Shown: in pieces, positions 37,251 through 47,383 of the stretch
Numbering within the stretch: the stretch's first letter is position 1
How the letters are laid out: each line of letters begins with the position of its first letter
DNA from: an uncultured virus (IMG/VR IMGVR_UViG_3300033144_007571)
Lineage: Duplodnaviria; Heunggongvirae; Uroviricota; Caudoviricetes
DNA: 64,000 nt
IMG/VR virus record: IMGVR_UViG_3300033144_007571
Direction: 5' to 3' (one strand)
The notes under the pieces: model-generated
The model's database searches: none
Seen by the model: only the letters and a program-made list of their open reading frames with translations
Told to the model about the DNA's origin: nothing
Translations under genes and position numbers: made by a program

Positions 37251-39149
37251 ATGTTTGATGAAGAAGTAAAATGGTTTAGTCAGACTTTATTGACTTATAA
37301 AGACAACCAATATGGTTCAGATGGATATTTAAGAATAGCTATTTCCACTAATACAAAAGATTATAAAACATTCAACCCACCCAATTTCAGTATTTCAATT
37401 AGTAATAGTTATCTAAAAGCTTATAATATAAATCATCCTCAGGCAATTGACTTGTTAAAAGCATTTGAATTATCTCTTCAAAATATGAATGGAGAGGAAT
37501 TAGAAATACAACGAAAGAGTTCGAAAAATGTAGTATTACATTTCAAAATAGTTCCAAAAGACCAATTAGTTGTAATTCAAATAATTTCAAATGAAACAGA
37601 TTTTACTAAGGTTCTAATCCCATTCAACCTAGTGTTCGAGTCTTTTGCTAGAAGTCTTAGGTATTTTGTAGAGAATTATTTCAAACTTTGTTCAGACTTA
37701 TTTATGAAAAGTATTAATTCTAATTTATATATTACAGCAGATCAGTTACCAGGACTAATAAAGGGGATTTCGTCACAGATAATTTCTGGATATAATCTAG
37801 ATAGTGGGGCACAGATGAGCGCTCCAGCACCGGTAACCGAAAAGACAATTGATGATTTAGACTCATTTTTGGGAGAAGATATGAAAAACATTAAAGTCCC
37901 TGAAATAGAGCAGGAGAAAGCTCAAGAAGTCAAACCGATTGAAATTGATAGTAAGTTTGTAACCCGAGTTATTGATAATGATCTGTATAATTTAGAGCTC
38001 ATGTTGAATAATGCTTCTTTGTCTAGCATGTCATATATAACTATAGCAGACGAAATAAAAAATAGACTTGATATTAAAAGAGATCAATTTACAATGTTAC
38101 CTGAGTTACTAGAAGATGAAATGAAATCTCTTGGTTATATATCTAGATTATTTTACTTAATGACATACCATAATAATATGGTTAATGAAGTCCCAATTCC
38201 TAGTAGTATTCCTGTATTTAAATATGAAAAGACTGTTCCTGGAGATGTTATAGATATAGCTCTTGATTTATTTTTATTTGGAGGTTATGTCAGAATATTA
38301 AGAAGAAGACTTGAAGATAAAATCTCAAATATTGTAGATAATAAATCATTGTTTTATTTACAATATAGATGTTTTTTAGATCCGATTATATTTAGTTTTA
38401 TTGAGAATGTCCCATCAGAACCATTAGAGTCAACAATTATATCAAGATACAGATATTATAATGAGCAATTAAAAATATTCCATAGATATACGACTTTATT
38501 GACTGATAATGGTTGTCCATTGATTACAGAGAACGATATATCTCATTATGTACGAGAAGTTCAAGATAAAGTAATTGGGAAAGCACCCTATATATTACAA
38601 CTACATCAATCGTTTGATTTAAGATTACCAACTAAGAATCAGTTTAGTTTAGAACAAATTGTAAATGAGGCGATACATCTCGAGTTGGCAGAAAAAGAAG
38701 GCAAAGACTTAAAAGATAAATTTATTTTGGAAAAAATAAAAGAACAATTTCCAATTTCTGATGAAGTATTATCCTTCTTTTTAAAGAAAAAAACAAAAAC
38801 AACACAGCCAAAAGTAGTTAAAGAAAGCAACCTCTCAAGATTCGTTAAATTTTTTGAGAGCGATGTACCTGAGGCATGTAGAGATGACTTTAAAGAATTT
38901 ATTAAAAAGACAGGCAATAAAAACTTCAATTTTTCAGAGTGTAGTTTCTCTTTAGAAGAATTTGATGAGAATATTATAAAAGGATTATACAACTGGAAAC
39001 CAGAAGATGATGTAAAAATTAGTCAGAATTATACATACTTTTTTGAGAGATTTGAAAATGAGATAATGACGAAAGAGTCTATTCTTTCTTCTGCAACAAA
39101 ACAAGTAGAAGATATGGGAGGATGGGATATTTTGTCAGAAGGAGTTTAA
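37251..39149 (+). CDS. Large hypothetical protein
   Basis: 632 aa, AAGGAG SD; no motif recognised. Confidence 0.7.
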   Translation: MFDEEVKWFSQTLLTYKDNQYGSDGYLRIAISTNTKDYKTFNPPNFSISISNSYLKAYNINHPQAIDLLKAFELSLQNMNGEELEIQRKSSKNVVLHFKIVPKDQLVVIQIISNETDFTKVLIPFNLVFESFARSLRYFVENYFKLCSDLFMKSINSNLYITADQLPGLIKGISSQIISGYNLDSGAQMSAPAPVTEKTIDDLDSFLGEDMKNIKVPEIEQEKAQEVKPIEIDSKFVTRVIDNDLYNLELMLNNASLSSMSYITIADEIKNRLDIKRDQFTMLPELLEDEMKSLGYISRLFYLMTYHNNMVNEVPIPSSIPVFKYEKTVPGDVIDIALDLFLFGGYVRILRRRLEDKISNIVDNKSLFYLQYRCFLDPIIFSFIENVPSEPLESTIISRYRYYNEQLKIFHRYTTLLTDNGCPLITENDISHYVREVQDKVIGKAPYILQLHQSFDLRLPTKNQFSLEQIVNEAIHLELAEKEGKDLKDKFILEKIKEQFPISDEVLSFFLKKKTKTTQPKVVKESNLSRFVKFFESDVPEACRDDFKEFIKKTGNKNFNFSECSFSLEEFDENIIKGLYNWKPEDDVKISQNYTYFFERFENEIMTKESILSSATKQVEDMGGWDILSEGV

Positions 39150-39153
39150 TTGA

Positions 39154-39774
39154 ATGGGACTGAAGTTAGGGAAATCATTTAATAGAAGTTATAACATGAG
39201 ATTGAGTTTTTTAAATGGGTATTATGATATTGGAGTATTCTTCAATAAAAAGTCAACATTTCTGTTATTTAGTGTCGATCAAGAACTAAAAAATGTTGAC
39301 TTGAGTGGTATTAAAGTGAATATGTTTAAGAATTTAGAATCATCTAAGTTCTGCGAAACATTTTTAGAACTACATAATTTTAGAAAAAATACTCTTGATA
39401 TTATCAATCAATTTAAATGTATAAAACCAGAATATTATCATGAAGTTTCTTTTATTGCCAACGAAACTTTAAATCTGTCAAAAGTCGAATTAAATGATAG
39501 TAGAGTTTTATATGACTCATTAAATATTTATGCGTTTACTTTAAATTCGTTTATTGATGAATTTATTTTTATCATAACCGAACGACAAAATATTATTAAG
39601 AAATTAAACAGAAAAATAGTAAGAACAAGCGGACTTCAAATATCTACAACAAGATCTATAAAGATGCTAAATGACTATCATATTGAAAGTTTAACTGCGG
39701 GTAAAGCGGGAACTGAAATGAGGTTTCCGTCAAATGAGGTAATAAGGTTAGATGATGACCTTAATGGAGATTAA
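39154..39774 (+). CDS. Hypothetical protein
   Basis: 206 aa. Confidence 0.6.
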   Translation: MGLKLGKSFNRSYNMRLSFLNGYYDIGVFFNKKSTFLLFSVDQELKNVDLSGIKVNMFKNLESSKFCETFLELHNFRKNTLDIINQFKCIKPEYYHEVSFIANETLNLSKVELNDSRVLYDSLNIYAFTLNSFIDEFIFIITERQNIIKKLNRKIVRTSGLQISTTRSIKMLNDYHIESLTAGKAGTEMRFPSNEVIRLDDDLNGD

Positions 39775-39777
39775 TAA

Positions 39778-41070
39778 ATGTCACAAGAAGGTACTCCAGT
39801 AGAATATGAGGGAAGACGAGATATATACTGTTTTATACATAACGTATATGCAAATTTTTTTAAAGATGCATTAGATTATTTTTCGTTATGTTTATATCCT
39901 AGATTTGAGTATAGAGTAGTAGCAACATATGATAAAGCAGTTGAGTATCTTACAAAGAAGGGTCAGTTTGGAAGAGAAACTGATATGCCTCTATTTCCTG
40001 CTTTAATATTAAATCCATCGGGAGATTTTGAATTAGCAGATACAATAGCAAGTGGACATCAGTTATGGAGATTTCCATTCTTAGCTCCTGGTTTTGCTAA
40101 GTATCTATGGGATCCTATTTATAAAGATGCAAATACAGAAATTAATGTAGGGTTTATTAGAATACAAGGTGATATTGAACTACTAATGTTGTTAAATAGC
40201 TTTTACGAATATTGTGATTTAAGAATGATGTTTCTTCAAATTTTTGGTGGATTTGATAGATGGATTTATCCTAGATATTTTAAGACTTTTATTATTTTAC
40301 CAGAAGAACTTGTAAATTATAGATATGTTAATGAATATACTGGGTTGAGATATAAACTTGATTGGGATTCAGCAGGAGCTTATGAGTATTTAGTTAAAAC
40401 TACAGCTAGAAATGAATTAGTTGTTCCAGCAGTTATAAAACCAATTTTTAAACTGACCAGTTTTAATGATCCAAGTGCTAGATATGGTGGAACAGAAAAA
40501 CTTGCAGACTGGAGACTTGGAGCAACAGTTAGATATGAACTTGAAGTCCCAAGTTGGTTGATTTTAAAATCAGATTATTTGGTTGAAAATATAAATATTA
40601 GTTTACAATCTGGTTCTTCATATTCAGAATATGATTCTTCTGAAGTACCAATTAATAGACAATTATGGCAAGTTCGATATGATTGGGGATATGATGAAAC
40701 AAGTACAACAGAAAATGCTATAATTAATCAAGGTATTCGATATTCTGGTCTAGAAGCTCAAGAAGTGCTAGAGGGAATTGATACAACTTGTGTAAGCGTA
40801 TTTGAAGGAGAATATCTTTTTAACACCAGATATTATCATGTTGTTACTCAATCAGATTTGGATTCAACAGCTGATCTTAATATAACACTTCCTGAAACAA
40901 TTACTGATTTAAAAGCTTTGATTGTCAGTAGTAAGTATGGAGAATTAAATTATGGCACTCAATATGAAGTTATAAATTCAGGAAATACTTTGCGTATAAT
41001 AACTGACCACGTTCAATTAGAATTAGATATGGTATTGGGGTTGTACGTTTATAAGAGGACGGGAATATGA
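39778..41070 (+). CDS. Putative tail completion/terminator-like structural protein
   Basis: PLFPALILNP and beta-rich acidic composition; weak resemblance only. Confidence 0.4.
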   Translation: MSQEGTPVEYEGRRDIYCFIHNVYANFFKDALDYFSLCLYPRFEYRVVATYDKAVEYLTKKGQFGRETDMPLFPALILNPSGDFELADTIASGHQLWRFPFLAPGFAKYLWDPIYKDANTEINVGFIRIQGDIELLMLLNSFYEYCDLRMMFLQIFGGFDRWIYPRYFKTFIILPEELVNYRYVNEYTGLRYKLDWDSAGAYEYLVKTTARNELVVPAVIKPIFKLTSFNDPSARYGGTEKLADWRLGATVRYELEVPSWLILKSDYLVENINISLQSGSSYSEYDSSEVPINRQLWQVRYDWGYDETSTTENAIINQGIRYSGLEAQEVLEGIDTTCVSVFEGEYLFNTRYYHVVTQSDLDSTADLNITLPETITDLKALIVSSKYGELNYGTQYEVINSGNTLRIITDHVQLELDMVLGLYVYKRTGI

Positions 41071-41687
41071 AATACATCGACTTTTTAAATAAATTGCTTG
41101 AGAAGGAAGAAAGAGATACAAGTTTAGGAGCTGTAGCTATAATTAGAACTAAGGATAAAGAAGAGGTTGATGAAGCTATAATAATAAATTCAGAAAAAAA
41201 TGTGAAAGTTCATATGAATGTGGGAGCTGGAGTTATTATTAGAGAAGATGAGAATCTTAGAAAACAAGTCCTTCTAATACAAAGAGCATCAGATGATCAC
41301 TGGCCTTTATATTGGGAGTTTCCAAGAGGAAAATGTGATAAACCAATAGGAGAAGATATTCATAAATGCACTAAAAGAGAAGTTAAAGAAGAAACCGGAT
41401 TAGATGTTATACCTCTCGTTTTAATTGATATTATAGAATATATGGCTGATAAGGGAACGAGAAAATCAAAATGTTATAACTTTTTATGTAAGATGAAAAA
41501 TCCAGATCAAAAGATTAAACTATCAAAAGAACATGCTGATTATAAATGGGTAGGAGAAGTTGGTGAAGCTGAAATGTTAGTGTTACCAGATCAGAAAAAA
41601 ACAATTGAAAAAGTTTTAAATACAGATCGTTCAATTGTTTCATATCCTGAAAATGAATTTACAAAAAATAATGAAGTACCTGAATAA
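41067..41687 (+). CDS. NUDIX hydrolase
   Basis: WEFPRGKCD...CTKREVKEETGL. Confidence 0.9.
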   Translation: MKYIDFLNKLLEKEERDTSLGAVAIIRTKDKEEVDEAIIINSEKNVKVHMNVGAGVIIREDENLRKQVLLIQRASDDHWPLYWEFPRGKCDKPIGEDIHKCTKREVKEETGLDVIPLVLIDIIEYMADKGTRKSKCYNFLCKMKNPDQKIKLSKEHADYKWVGEVGEAEMLVLPDQKKTIEKVLNTDRSIVSYPENEFTKNNEVPE

Positions 41688-41701
41688 GTGAAGGGAATTA
41701 T

Positions 41702-42265
41702 ATGGTAATTTTAAGGATTAAAGAAAAAGGTTATATGATAGAAATTCCTGGAGTTTCTCCATTTAGAACTCCAGCTGATGTTAATATAACACATATTAGT
41801 ATTCCTCTTGCTGTTTCTGTTTTAAATTCTCAGGGGATTGAAAAATTTGAAATAATATCTGATACACCAGGAAAAGAACAAGTATTTACTGAAAAAGATT
41901 TTAAAGAACCTGATGCTATTACTAGTAAAATGAATGGTAGATTGAAAAAACTTGAAGGTATGATTAAAAAATTATTGAAAAAAGAAGCTAGTGATTTAAC
42001 ATCAAATCAAGAACAAATTACTGATAAACTAAAAAAATTGGAAGTATTGTCCACTGCTATACTTGAAAGTTCTGAGCGTATGTCATCTCATGAAGGAGAC
42101 CCGAATATCGAGGAATTAGATACATTAGATACATTTATTCCAGATATTGATATTAAGGGAAGTAAAATGAAGGGAAAATCAGGAAAGAAAGTCTTTAAGA
42201 AAGATAAAGAAGATACTGATGAAAATGCTAATTTATTGGCTAGTTTAACAGGAGGAAAAAAATAA
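41702..42265 (+). CDS. Hypothetical protein upstream of actin-like gene
   Basis: 187 aa with coiled coil; coupled to next gene. Confidence 0.6.
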   Translation: MVILRIKEKGYMIEIPGVSPFRTPADVNITHISIPLAVSVLNSQGIEKFEIISDTPGKEQVFTEKDFKEPDAITSKMNGRLKKLEGMIKKLLKKEASDLTSNQEQITDKLKKLEVLSTAILESSERMSSHEGDPNIEELDTLDTFIPDIDIKGSKMKGKSGKKVFKKDKEDTDENANLLASLTGGKK

Positions 42266-43306
42266 ATGTCAGATGTGAAAGAAGAAAAAAAGAAAAAGAA
42301 CAGACCTATTTGTATTGGTTTAGATGTAGGAACTATGCACTTATGTTGTGCAAGATCTGATTCCGAAGATGTTAAAATTACAAGAAATGTATTCTTACCA
42401 CTTGATAAAGATGATATTCAAATAACTGAACTTAGTGAAATTAGTTATGTTGAAAGCGTTGATGGAGATTTATTTATTGTCGGGTCTGATGCTTTTAAAT
42501 ATGCTAATATTTTCGGTCAGACAATTTCAAGACCAATGGAAAGAGGTTTAATTTCTCCAAAAGAAATTGCTGCAATTGATGTTTTAACTCTAATGATTAA
42601 GGATTTAATTGGAGATGTTAAAGGTCAGGATGCATATTGTTCATATTCTATTCCAGCAGAATCAATTGATGTAGGTAGATCTATAACATATCATGAAAAT
42701 GTATTTGCTAGGATATTGGGAAGTCTGGGAATTAATTATATTTCTGTTAATGAAGCAATGGCAATTATATATTCTGAATGTGCTAAAGAGAAATTTAGTG
42801 GAATTGGAATTAGTTTTGGTGCAGGTATGGCAAATGTCGCAATATCATATAAAGGAATTGAAGCATTGACATTTTCAACAGCTAGAGCTGGGGATTGGGT
42901 TGATCATAACACTGCTGAATCATTGGGGATGGTATCAAACAGAGTCACCAGTGTTAAAGAAAAATATATGAAATTTTCTGGTGAGGTTGAAGTTAAAAAT
43001 AAAAAGACAAAAAGAGTTCTTGAAGCTCTTTTCTATTATCATAAGGCATTGATTGAATATACTGTCAAGGAGATTATTAAGGAGTTTGATAAGAAGGTTG
43101 ATATTGAGGTAGACGAAGCAATTCCAATTGTAATTTCTGGCGGAACAAGTATACCAGAAGGTTTTGTTAAACTTTTTAATGATGTTATCATGACTTATGA
43201 TTTGCCATTTGAACTTTCTGAAATCAGGAGAGCTCGTAATCCATTAACTGCAGTTGCAAATGGATTGTTAATTAGAACTAAATCAGATGTTAAAGGGATG
43301 AAATAA
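42266..43306 (+). CDS. Actin-like ATPase (MreB/ParM/MamK superfamily)
   Basis: IGLDVGT (phosphate 1), RPMERG, VNEAMA (connect 1), ISFGAGM (phosphate 2), ISGGTS (adenosine), AVANG (connect 2). Confidence 0.85.
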   Translation: MSDVKEEKKKKNRPICIGLDVGTMHLCCARSDSEDVKITRNVFLPLDKDDIQITELSEISYVESVDGDLFIVGSDAFKYANIFGQTISRPMERGLISPKEIAAIDVLTLMIKDLIGDVKGQDAYCSYSIPAESIDVGRSITYHENVFARILGSLGINYISVNEAMAIIYSECAKEKFSGIGISFGAGMANVAISYKGIEALTFSTARAGDWVDHNTAESLGMVSNRVTSVKEKYMKFSGEVEVKNKKTKRVLEALFYYHKALIEYTVKEIIKEFDKKVDIEVDEAIPIVISGGTSIPEGFVKLFNDVIMTYDLPFELSEIRRARNPLTAVANGLLIRTKSDVKGMK

Positions 43307-44109
43307 TGCCAAAACAAACATTTATTACAAAAAGGGCACCTCGCCCTTATTTAAGTCCACCACATTTAAAAATTACACCACCAGACGGCGGAGGATATCC
43401 GCCTGATGATGATGATGAAAAAGAAATTAAACCACAAGAGGGTAAAAAAATGTTAGATAAAATATTAAATAGAATTTCAGAAAATGAAGAAGAACCAATA
43501 GGTACTGAGGTTAAAGAAGTTCCAAAATGTAAAAAAGGAATGCACTGGTGACCTCGTAGAAAAAAATGTGTTTCCGGGGAGAAACCAAAAATGGAAAATA
43601 AAACAATTGATGAAGCAAACAACTTACTTGATCAAACGCTGGAGGAAGTAAAGGATTCTCAAAATCCTGAATATCAAGCTGCTTTAAAATTGGCTGATGG
43701 TATTTTGGAAAATATTGGAGCTAATCATCCTTATGATCATCCCAAGAGCCTTCGAGTAACGACAAATCTAGATGGAACTACAGATGAATTTGCCGATGAG
43801 GAAGAAATGGAGGAGGATCCAGCAGCTCGAGATCACCCAGATAAGGAAACAAATTCTCTTAATAATGTTCCTAATCAAGATGCGGAATCAGAATTGGATG
43901 CTATGAAGATGGATATTGGCGAAGCATATCATACAATCATAAGATATAATATTAAGAAAATAAAAGAAAATGCTGAATATAAAAAGTTCTTTCAGAGTAT
44001 GTTAGCAAAATATGGAGTGAAATCTCCAAGTGAACTTTCAGGTGATAAAAAGAAAGCATTTTTTAATACTATAGATAAAGGGTGGAAAGCTAAAAAAGAA
44101 TCTGACTAA
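43306..44109 (+). CDS. Putative head protein with in-frame UGA (candidate selenoprotein); joins track ORFs 43306..43551 and 43591..44109
   Basis: CKKGMHW-TGA-PRRKKCV stays in frame into MENKT; C-terminal YKKFFQSMLAKYGVKSPSELSGDKKKAFFNTIDKGW domain. Confidence 0.65.
43570..43585 (+). promoter_or_regulatory. SECIS-like hairpin
   Basis: GTTTC-CGGGGA-GAAAC, starting 18 nt after the UGA. Confidence 0.45.
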
Positions 44110-44131
44110 ATAAATTGAAAGGAAGTCAAAT

Positions 44132-45433
44132 ATGCTTGAACAAATGAATTCGGGAAATATGTGGAAGGATGATGTATCGAAAAGGCAATTTAAGAAAATA
44201 TCTCCAACTGAGATGAGATATTTAGGCCTTACATTGGATAATGTGAATCCCGTTGATACTTTAGAAGAACTAAGAGAATCTCCTCCAAATATTATTATCG
44301 CTGAAGCCTCTAGAAATGTGAAGTTTGTGCAAAATTGGTTCAAGGAACAGGAATTAAGAAAAAAAGTTAAATATGTAATGGGTCTAGGAGTTTTTCAACA
44401 ACTACATTTCGACAGTAAAAGCGGAAAAAATAAATTATTGAAACCATCAAAAATTAAGTTTAATAATATATATAGACCATATATTGGACAAGACGTTGAT
44501 AATGCAACCATCCTTGTTTTTAGAACAGGAGGAATTGGAGACCTTCTGTTCATCCAACCTAATTTGAGATATCTCAAAGAAAAATATCCCACATGTACTA
44601 TCTGGTTTGCATGTGGTCCGCAATATCAACCAATGGTTAAAAATTGGAGTTGTGTAGATAAGGTATTAGATCTTCCTTTTACATTTAGTAGATTAAGAGA
44701 TTCTGATTATCATATGCTATTTGAAGGGGTTATAGAGAGATGTAAAGAAGCAGAAACGAGTAATGCTTATAATTTATTTTCTCACTGGCTTGGACTTGAT
44801 TTACCTGATAATATACTTCTTCCAAGACAAAAACCAATAGAAGAATTAGTTGACAAATGTAAAGAGATTTTAGATAAATGGAAAATTGATAACTTTATCC
44901 TTATGCAATTAAGAGCTAGTTCTCTGATTAGAACTCCAAGACATCAGTTTTGGGCAAAAATTATAAATGAGCTTAATAGAAGGGGAAGAAATGTTATATT
45001 AACCGACAATCCTAGACAGGCAGAAAATATAGACAAGTTTATAGGAGAGCTTGAGCATAAAAATACTTTTAATTTTTGTAAATATTCAGAGTCAATTGCA
45101 TATACAATTGCTTTAGCGAGTTTGACTGATGGGGGTTTGGCTACAGACTCTGCTTTGGGACATATTGCAGCTTCTTTAGATGTTCCATTTGTAGGAATTT
45201 ATGGTCCTTTTCCTGGTTATATTAGATTAAAAACTTATCCGAAAGCAATGTGGATTGATGCAAGAAGACATTGTGCTCCCTGTTTTATTCATGGTCATAA
45301 ACCATGCCCTCAAGCTGCTTCAGATGGATATAGTCCATGTTATGACGATTTAATTAATTCTGATGAAAAACTAAAAAATTTAATTGATAAGGTAGAGGAT
45401 TATATTTATGTACAAAGTATTCCTAACAGTTAG
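44132..45433 (+). CDS. GT9 (heptosyltransferase-like) glycosyltransferase
   Basis: FRTGGIGDLL, LKEKYP, TDSALGHIAASLDVPFVGIYGP, CAPC. Confidence 0.85.
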   Translation: MLEQMNSGNMWKDDVSKRQFKKISPTEMRYLGLTLDNVNPVDTLEELRESPPNIIIAEASRNVKFVQNWFKEQELRKKVKYVMGLGVFQQLHFDSKSGKNKLLKPSKIKFNNIYRPYIGQDVDNATILVFRTGGIGDLLFIQPNLRYLKEKYPTCTIWFACGPQYQPMVKNWSCVDKVLDLPFTFSRLRDSDYHMLFEGVIERCKEAETSNAYNLFSHWLGLDLPDNILLPRQKPIEELVDKCKEILDKWKIDNFILMQLRASSLIRTPRHQFWAKIINELNRRGRNVILTDNPRQAENIDKFIGELEHKNTFNFCKYSESIAYTIALASLTDGGLATDSALGHIAASLDVPFVGIYGPFPGYIRLKTYPKAMWIDARRHCAPCFIHGHKPCPQAASDGYSPCYDDLINSDEKLKNLIDKVEDYIYVQSIPNS

Positions 45434-46235
45434 AAATCGCCTTGAAATAACAAAGATGTGTATAGAAGCATTAAAGAGACATTCGTCAATGCCGTATGAT
45501 CTATATGTTTATAATAATGCTACTAATTATATAGTTAAAGAACACTTCAAATATTTTGGTGATTTATATGAAAAGGGGGAAGTTGCTCAAGTAACTTTCA
45601 CTACTCCAAAATCTACATTTAATGCTTTTAGTAAAGCATCTGCATGTAATTTCTTTGGTAAACAACATGAGGAAGATCCAAACAAGGATAAATATGATTT
45701 TTTATTGTTTATTGACAATGATATTATACTTACTCCTGAGTTTGACAAGAAACTTAAAGTGTCCTGGCACTATGTTAAAAAGAATAAATTAGACCATATA
45801 AAAGTTATAGGGCAGATACCTGGTGGAATTAAGAATCGGGAACAAACATTAAAATTCGCCGGAATGATGGGAAGAGTTGGTCGTCTTGGAGGATCTGGAC
45901 TTTGGTCAGTAAAACCGTCATTCTTTTCAGATGTTGGATACCTTAATTTAAAATCTCTAGTAGGTCAGGATAAAAAACATGACCAAATGTACTGGGTATT
46001 ATTAGGAAAAGCTACTAGAGGCAAACCATATATTATGGGGATAAATCAAAAACTAGGAATTCACTGTGGAAGAATAGCAGGATCAGTCTGTAATAAATTA
46101 ACAAGAACTAGAAATAAAAAAGAGAAAACAGAGGTTATTAAGTTTAAGGAAAAAGAAGTAAAGATTTCAAAATATAATTTCGATGAATTTTATAAAATGA
46201 TTTTGGATGATAAATCGTTAGTAAAAGATTGGTAA
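45408..46235 (+). CDS. GT2-like (GT-A) glycosyltransferase
   Basis: LTVRNRLEITKMCIEAL, VYNNAT, FIDNDI. Confidence 0.75.
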   Translation: MYKVFLTVRNRLEITKMCIEALKRHSSMPYDLYVYNNATNYIVKEHFKYFGDLYEKGEVAQVTFTTPKSTFNAFSKASACNFFGKQHEEDPNKDKYDFLLFIDNDIILTPEFDKKLKVSWHYVKKNKLDHIKVIGQIPGGIKNREQTLKFAGMMGRVGRLGGSGLWSVKPSFFSDVGYLNLKSLVGQDKKHDQMYWVLLGKATRGKPYIMGINQKLGIHCGRIAGSVCNKLTRTRNKKEKTEVIKFKEKEVKISKYNFDEFYKMILDDKSLVKDW

Positions 46236-46238
46236 ATT

Positions 46239-47177
46239 ATGAGCAAGAAAAAAGATGCAGTTTTATTTGGTCCCTTTGTGGGTGAATTTTACTGGGAATG
46301 TGGTCGGTTTGCTCCAATGTTATCATATATGCTTTATAAACAATATAAAAATAAGGAAGTGGATTATGTAGTTTATACTAGAGAAGAGAGATTTGATTTA
46401 TATGGAAAGCATGCTAATATTTTAGTCCCATTAAAAATACCCGGAGATTATTCAGAATATATGCCAGAATGTTTTAGATTACCTGGTTTTCCGAAAACAG
46501 AATATAATTCTTTGGCAAGAAAATTTAGGAAAAAATATGAAGAAAGATATAATATAATCAAACACATTTTTCCAGATATAAGAAAACCAGCATTTTTAAA
46601 TAAGAATCAATATTCACAAAGTATAATGCATTATAAATATAAACCAAGGAAAGCTAATTATGAGTTGGTTGATGAATTTCTTCCTAAAGATGGAAAACCT
46701 TTTGTTGTATTAGCACCTAGATTCAGAAAAGGATTCAAAAGAAATTGGAAAAGATGGCAAGATTTCTATGACCTTTTGGGAAGAGATGTTGGTTTAATGA
46801 GAAGATATAATTTTATTGTTTGTGGAAAAGATGGAGAATATAAACCTGATAGACAAGATCGTTTTTTAGATATGACTAAAATACAAATAAATGGTAATGC
46901 ATCGTTGGCTGGTATTTTGTTAGCAATTTTAGAAAAAGCACATTTTACATTTGGTTCACAATCAGCAATTCCGAATATGTCATTGTTATATGGGGTTGAG
47001 GTTTTTGAGTTTGGTTGTCAAAAAAGTTTACATACTAAAACTTACAATGTTAAAAACACTCCCATAACTTTTATTGAAAATAAAAAATATGATTTAGATC
47101 CGAAAAGAGCGTTAAATGAAATGAAGCGCTTATTAGAGAGAAAAAGGAGAAAAGAAAATGGAAAGAGCAGTAAATGA
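46239..47177 (+). CDS. GT-B-like putative glycosyltransferase
   Basis: GPFVGEFYWE start; GSQSAIPNMSLLYGV; paralog of 47384. Confidence 0.6.
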   Translation: MSKKKDAVLFGPFVGEFYWECGRFAPMLSYMLYKQYKNKEVDYVVYTREERFDLYGKHANILVPLKIPGDYSEYMPECFRLPGFPKTEYNSLARKFRKKYEERYNIIKHIFPDIRKPAFLNKNQYSQSIMHYKYKPRKANYELVDEFLPKDGKPFVVLAPRFRKGFKRNWKRWQDFYDLLGRDVGLMRRYNFIVCGKDGEYKPDRQDRFLDMTKIQINGNASLAGILLAILEKAHFTFGSQSAIPNMSLLYGVEVFEFGCQKSLHTKTYNVKNTPITFIENKKYDLDPKRALNEMKRLLERKRRKENGKSSK

Positions 47178-47382
47178 TTGGATTAAAGCTAATAGCGGTG
47201 AAATATCGTCCATTCAAAGAATTTTAATTGAGCAATCGTATGCTGGGCAAGATGGTGTATTTAATTATATGAAAATTCATAATATACTTGGAGGATGTAT
47301 TATTGAAATCACCAAATTACAAACACAAGTAAATGAATTGAAAATAGCCTTAGCAGAAAAACAAGAAAAGAAAGGAAGCTAG
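47158..47382 (+). CDS. Small coiled-coil protein
   Basis: AGGAG SD. Confidence 0.55.
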   Translation: MERAVNDWIKANSGEISSIQRILIEQSYAGQDGVFNYMKIHNILGGCIIEITKLQTQVNELKIALAEKQEKKGS

Positions 47383-47383
47383 A

